A DNA stretch of 64,000 nt from Isurus oxyrinchus. Taxonomy: Eukaryota. Below the pieces are notes generated by a model, which had not been told where the DNA came from, ran no database searches, and worked only from the letters and a program-made list of their open reading frames with translations. The stretch covers positions 13,020,001 to 13,084,000 of the forward strand of contig JANJGN010000031.1 of NCBI GenBank assembly GCA_026770705.1. Reading direction: 5' to 3'. The translations under genes and the position numbers were made by a program. Every line of letters begins with the position of its first letter. The stretch's first letter is position 1. Shown here one piece after another: positions 60,001-64,000 of the stretch.

Positions 60001-63000
60001 TGTATATAGGGCTTACAGGGGTGTGTCAGTGTATATATAGGGTGTACAGGAGTGTGTCAGTGTATATTGGGTGTACAGGAGTGTGTCAGTGTATATATAG
60101 AGCCTAAGGGAGTGTGGCAGTGTGTATATAGTGTCTACAGGAGTGTGTCAACATGTACATAGTGTCTACAGGAGTGTATCAGCGTGTACATAGTGTCTAC
60201 AGGAGTGTATCAGCGTGTACATAGTGTCTACAGGAGTGTATCAGCGTGTACATAGTGTCTACAGGAATGTATCAGCGTGTACATAGTGTCTACAGGAGTG
60301 TATCAGCGTGTACATAGTGTCTACAGGAGTGTGTCAGCGTGTACATAGTGTCTACAGGAGTGTATCAGCGTGTACATAGTGTCTACAGGAGTGTGTCAGC
60401 ATGTACATAGTGTCTACAGGAGTGTATCAGCGTGTACATAGTGTCTACAGGAGTGTGTCAACATGTTCATAGTGTCTACAGTAGTGTGTCAGCATGTACA
60501 TAGTGTCTACAGGAGTGTGTCAGCGTGTGCATAGCATCTACAGCAGTGTGTCACTGTGTACATAGTGTCTACAGGAGTGTGTCAGGGTGAACAAAGGGCT
60601 TACTGGAGTGTGTCAGCATGTATGTAGGGCGTACGGGTGTGTGCCAGTGTATATATCGGGCTTACAGGACTGTGTCAGTGTGTATATCGGGCCTACAGGA
60701 ATGTGTCAGTGTATATAGGGCTTATAGGAGTCTGTCAGTGTGTATATTGGGCATACAGGAGTGTGACAGTGTGTATATAGGGCCTACGGAGGTGTGTCAG
60801 TGTATATATAGGGTGTACAGGAGTGTGCCAGTGTATATATAGGGCATACAGGAGTGTGCCAGTGTGTATATAGGGCTTACAGGAGTCTGTCAGTGTATGT
60901 ATAGGATGTACGGGAGTAAGTCAGTGTATATAGGGCCTATAGGAGTCTGTCAGTGTGTATATAGGGCTTATAGGGGTGTGTCAGTGTGTATATAGGGTGT
61001 ACAGGAGTGTGTCAGTGTATATTGGGCGTACAGGTGTGTGTCAGTGTGTATATAGGGCCTACAGGAATGTGTCAGTGTGTATATAGGGCTTACAGGGGTG
61101 TGTCAGTGTGTATATAGGGCGTACAGGAGTGTGTCAGTGTATATTGGGTGTACAGGAGTGTGTCAGTGTATATATAGAGCCTAAGGGAGTGTGGCAGTGT
61201 GTATATAGTGTCTACAGGAGTGTGTCAGCATGTACATAGTGTCTACAGGAGTGTATCAGCGTGTACATAGTGTCTACCGGAGTGTATCAGCGTGTACATA
61301 GTGTCTACAGGAGTGTGTCAGCGTGTACATAGTGTCTACAGGAGTGTATCAGCATGTACATAGTGTCTACAGGAGTGTGTCAGCATGTACATAGTGTCTA
61401 CAGGAGTGTGTCAGCGTGTACATAGTGTCTACAGGAGTGTATCAGCGTGTACATATTGTCTACAGGAGTGTGTCAGCATGTACATAGTGTCTACAGGAGT
61501 GTGTCAGCATGTACATAGTGTCTACAGGAGTGTGTCAGCATGTACATAGTGTCTACAGGAGTGTGTCAGCGTGTGCATAGCATCTACAACAGTGTGTTAC
61601 TGTGTACATAGTGTCTACAGGAGTGTGTCAGTGTGAACAAAGGGCTTACTGGAGTGTGTCAGCATGTATGTAGGGCATACGGGAGTGTGCCAGTGTATAT
61701 ATAGGGCTTACAGGACTGTGTCAGTGTGTATATCGGGCCTACAGGAATGTGTCAGTGTATATAGGGCCTATAGGAGTCTGTCAGTGTGTATATTGGGCAT
61801 GCAGGAGTGTGACAGTGTGTATATAGGGCCTATGGGGGTGTGTCAGTGTATATAAAGGGTGTACAGGAGTGTGCCAGTGTATATATAGGGCATATAGGAG
61901 TGTGCCAGTGTGTATATAGGGCTTACAGGAGTCTGTCAGTGTATGTATAGGATGTACGGGAGTAAGTCAGTGTATATAGGGCCTATAGGAGTCTGTCAGT
62001 GTGTATATAGGGCTTACAGGGGTGTGTCAGTGTGTATATAGGGTGTACAGGAGTGTGTCAGTGTATATTGGGCATACAGGTGTGTGTCAGTGTGTATATA
62101 GGGCCTACAGGAATGTGTCAGCGTGTATATAGGGCCTACAGGAGTGTGTCAGTATATATTGGGTGTACAGGAGTGTGTCAGTGTATATATAGAGCCTAAG
62201 GGAGTGTGGCAGTGTGTATACAGGGTGTACGGGAGTGAGTCAGTGTATATAGGGCCTACAGGAGTGTGTCAGTGTATATATAGGGTGTACAGGAGTGTGT
62301 CAGTGTGTATATAGGGCTTACAGGAGTCTGTCAGTGTATGTATAGGATGTATGGGAGTTAGTCAGTGTATATAGGGCCAATAGGAGTCTGTCAGTGTGTA
62401 TATTTGGCGTACAGGAGTGTGTCAGTGTATATATAGAGCCTAAGGGAGTGTGGCAGTGTGTATACAGGGTGTACGGGAGTGAGTCAGTGTATATAGGGCC
62501 TACAGGAGTGTGTCAGTGTATATATAGGGTGTACAGGAGTGTGTCAGTGTGTATATAGGGCTTACAGGAGTCTGTCAGTGTATGTATAGGATGTATGGGA
62601 GTTAGTCAGTGTATATAGGGCCAATAGGAGTCTGTCAGTGTGTATATTTGGCGTACAGGAGTGTGACAGTGTGTATTTAGGGCCTACGGGGGTGTGTCAG
62701 TGTGTATATAGGGCCTACAGGAGTGTGTCAGTGTGTATATAGGGCCTACAGGAGTGTGTCAGTGTATATTGGGTGTACAGGAGTGTGTCAGTGTATATAT
62801 AGAGCCTAAAGGAGTGTGGCAGTGTGTATAGAGGGCGTACGGGAGTGAGTCAGTGTATATAGGGCCTACACGAGTGTGTCAATGTATATTGGGAGTACAG
62901 GAGTGTGTCAGTGTGTATATAGAGCCTAAGGGAATGTGGCAGTGTGTATATAGGGCGTACGGGAGTGAGTCAGTGTATATATAGGACCCACAGGAGTGTG

Positions 63001-63039
63001 ACAGTGTGTATATAGGGACTACAGGAATGTGTCAGTGTG
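57034..63039. repeat. ~6 kb minisatellite/satellite, 31-bp unit GTGTGTCAGCGTGTACATAGGGCCTACAGGA (with 29-bp variants)
   Basis: Directly visible tandem array of roughly 195 units with no unique spacers. Confidence 0.98.
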
Positions 63040-64000
63040 AGCTGTACAATTAGTCATTTTCTGCTCCGCCTGTTCTAATACCTGTTCTCCAATCTCCTCC
63101 AGGCACTTGGGGACATGTTCATTGCAAAAAGTAGCCTTTTGTTTTCAGTTTACAGTGGAATACTTGAATATTTTTGAATACTTTCCCCAGCTTCTTTGAC
63201 TCTGTAATTATTCTCTGAACTTGCTCCTGACAGCTTCTTGGAATCACTGGCATCATTTTGCCTCTATTTAGCTCCCTTTGCGGCTGTATCCACTTCCGTT
63301 AACGGACATCTCAAATGCTGGCTCCTTGGTCTTCAAACAAGCCGCAAAGGGAGAGAGTAGAGCATCCAACTCAAGCTTAGTCCGTGTCTAACCTCCTGCC
63401 TCTCCGGAGTTAGCACTGTGAATTACTTCGGCCTTGAGGTTCCCGTGGGAGTAATGGTTAGTCCCTAGCCTTCATCTTGAGGCCTGCTTGGCTTGGCTTG
63501 GCTTGGATCTCCACTCAGCCCTGTCAGGCCATGACGTGTCCCTGAGCTGAAGCTTAGAGCTGTTCTTGTTTCTAGCTCGGTGACAACAGGAGGCCCAGGA
63601 TTAAGAGGTAAGCCTCCACATAGTAACCCAACGGGCCCCTTTTAACTTAGAGCTACCACCCTGTAGAGGCCTGTGGCCTCAGGCCTCCTGAGAACTGTCT
63701 GTCTTGAACACATTGCATGCTATCTCACGGCGCTCCAACCCCGCACTTCACACTTAGAGAGGGGGGGCTTGAAAAGGGTGAAGCTGCACAAATTCAAATT
63801 CTTGATGTGGCCAACGCCCAATCAGGTTCAGAAAAAGTGACAATGTTCAGAGTGAACTGGTTGCAACAGCCGAGAACTACAATAATTCAAAAAAAAACAC
63901 CACCCAGAGCAAGTGTTTTGTCTGACTGAAATGAAACAGAGCGCATTAACCTTTCTGAGTGTTGCGTGTCATTTGAAACTTTCACGCTTGTTTATGGCTA

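Noticed and set aside
57034-63039. CRISPR-like array (31-bp repeats)
   Set aside because: The units are head-to-tail with no unique spacers, there are no cas genes, and the context is vertebrate. The ORFs inside are just translations of the repeat.

Overview
This is eukaryotic, almost certainly elasmobranch (shark-like), genomic DNA that is intergenic or intronic and dominated by repeats. I found no host protein-coding gene I can support, and no rRNA, tRNA gene or CRISPR array. The window holds many 5'-truncated CR1 LINEs (one with an uninterrupted 406-aa RT ORF at 48321-49541), a second CR1/L2-superclade LINE family with a partner tRNA-derived SINE, DeuSINE (SacSINE1-like) copies and L2 remnants. 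It also holds a Penelope-like element (RT C-terminus plus GIY-YIG endonuclease), a dead Gypsy element with LTR and PPT, several solo LTRs, PIF/Harbinger-type Myb/SANT remnants and MITEs, a 175-N assembly gap, and a ~6 kb 31-bp satellite. The most interesting signals are five. (1) Short fold-back (palindromic) Penelope terminal-repeat insertions with 14-15 bp target-site duplications, carrying minimal hammerhead-ribozyme-like motifs with a recurrent non-canonical CUGUYGA core. (2) A templated inverted copy of one such insertion junction placed ~500 bp upstream. (3) Three-level higher-order structure in the satellite. (4) A triple-nested LTR/LTR/CR1 insertion. (5) Locally GC-shifted repeat copies suggestive of biased gene conversion. 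Repeat family names come from recognised motifs, not database searches, and the boundaries of old repeats are approximate.
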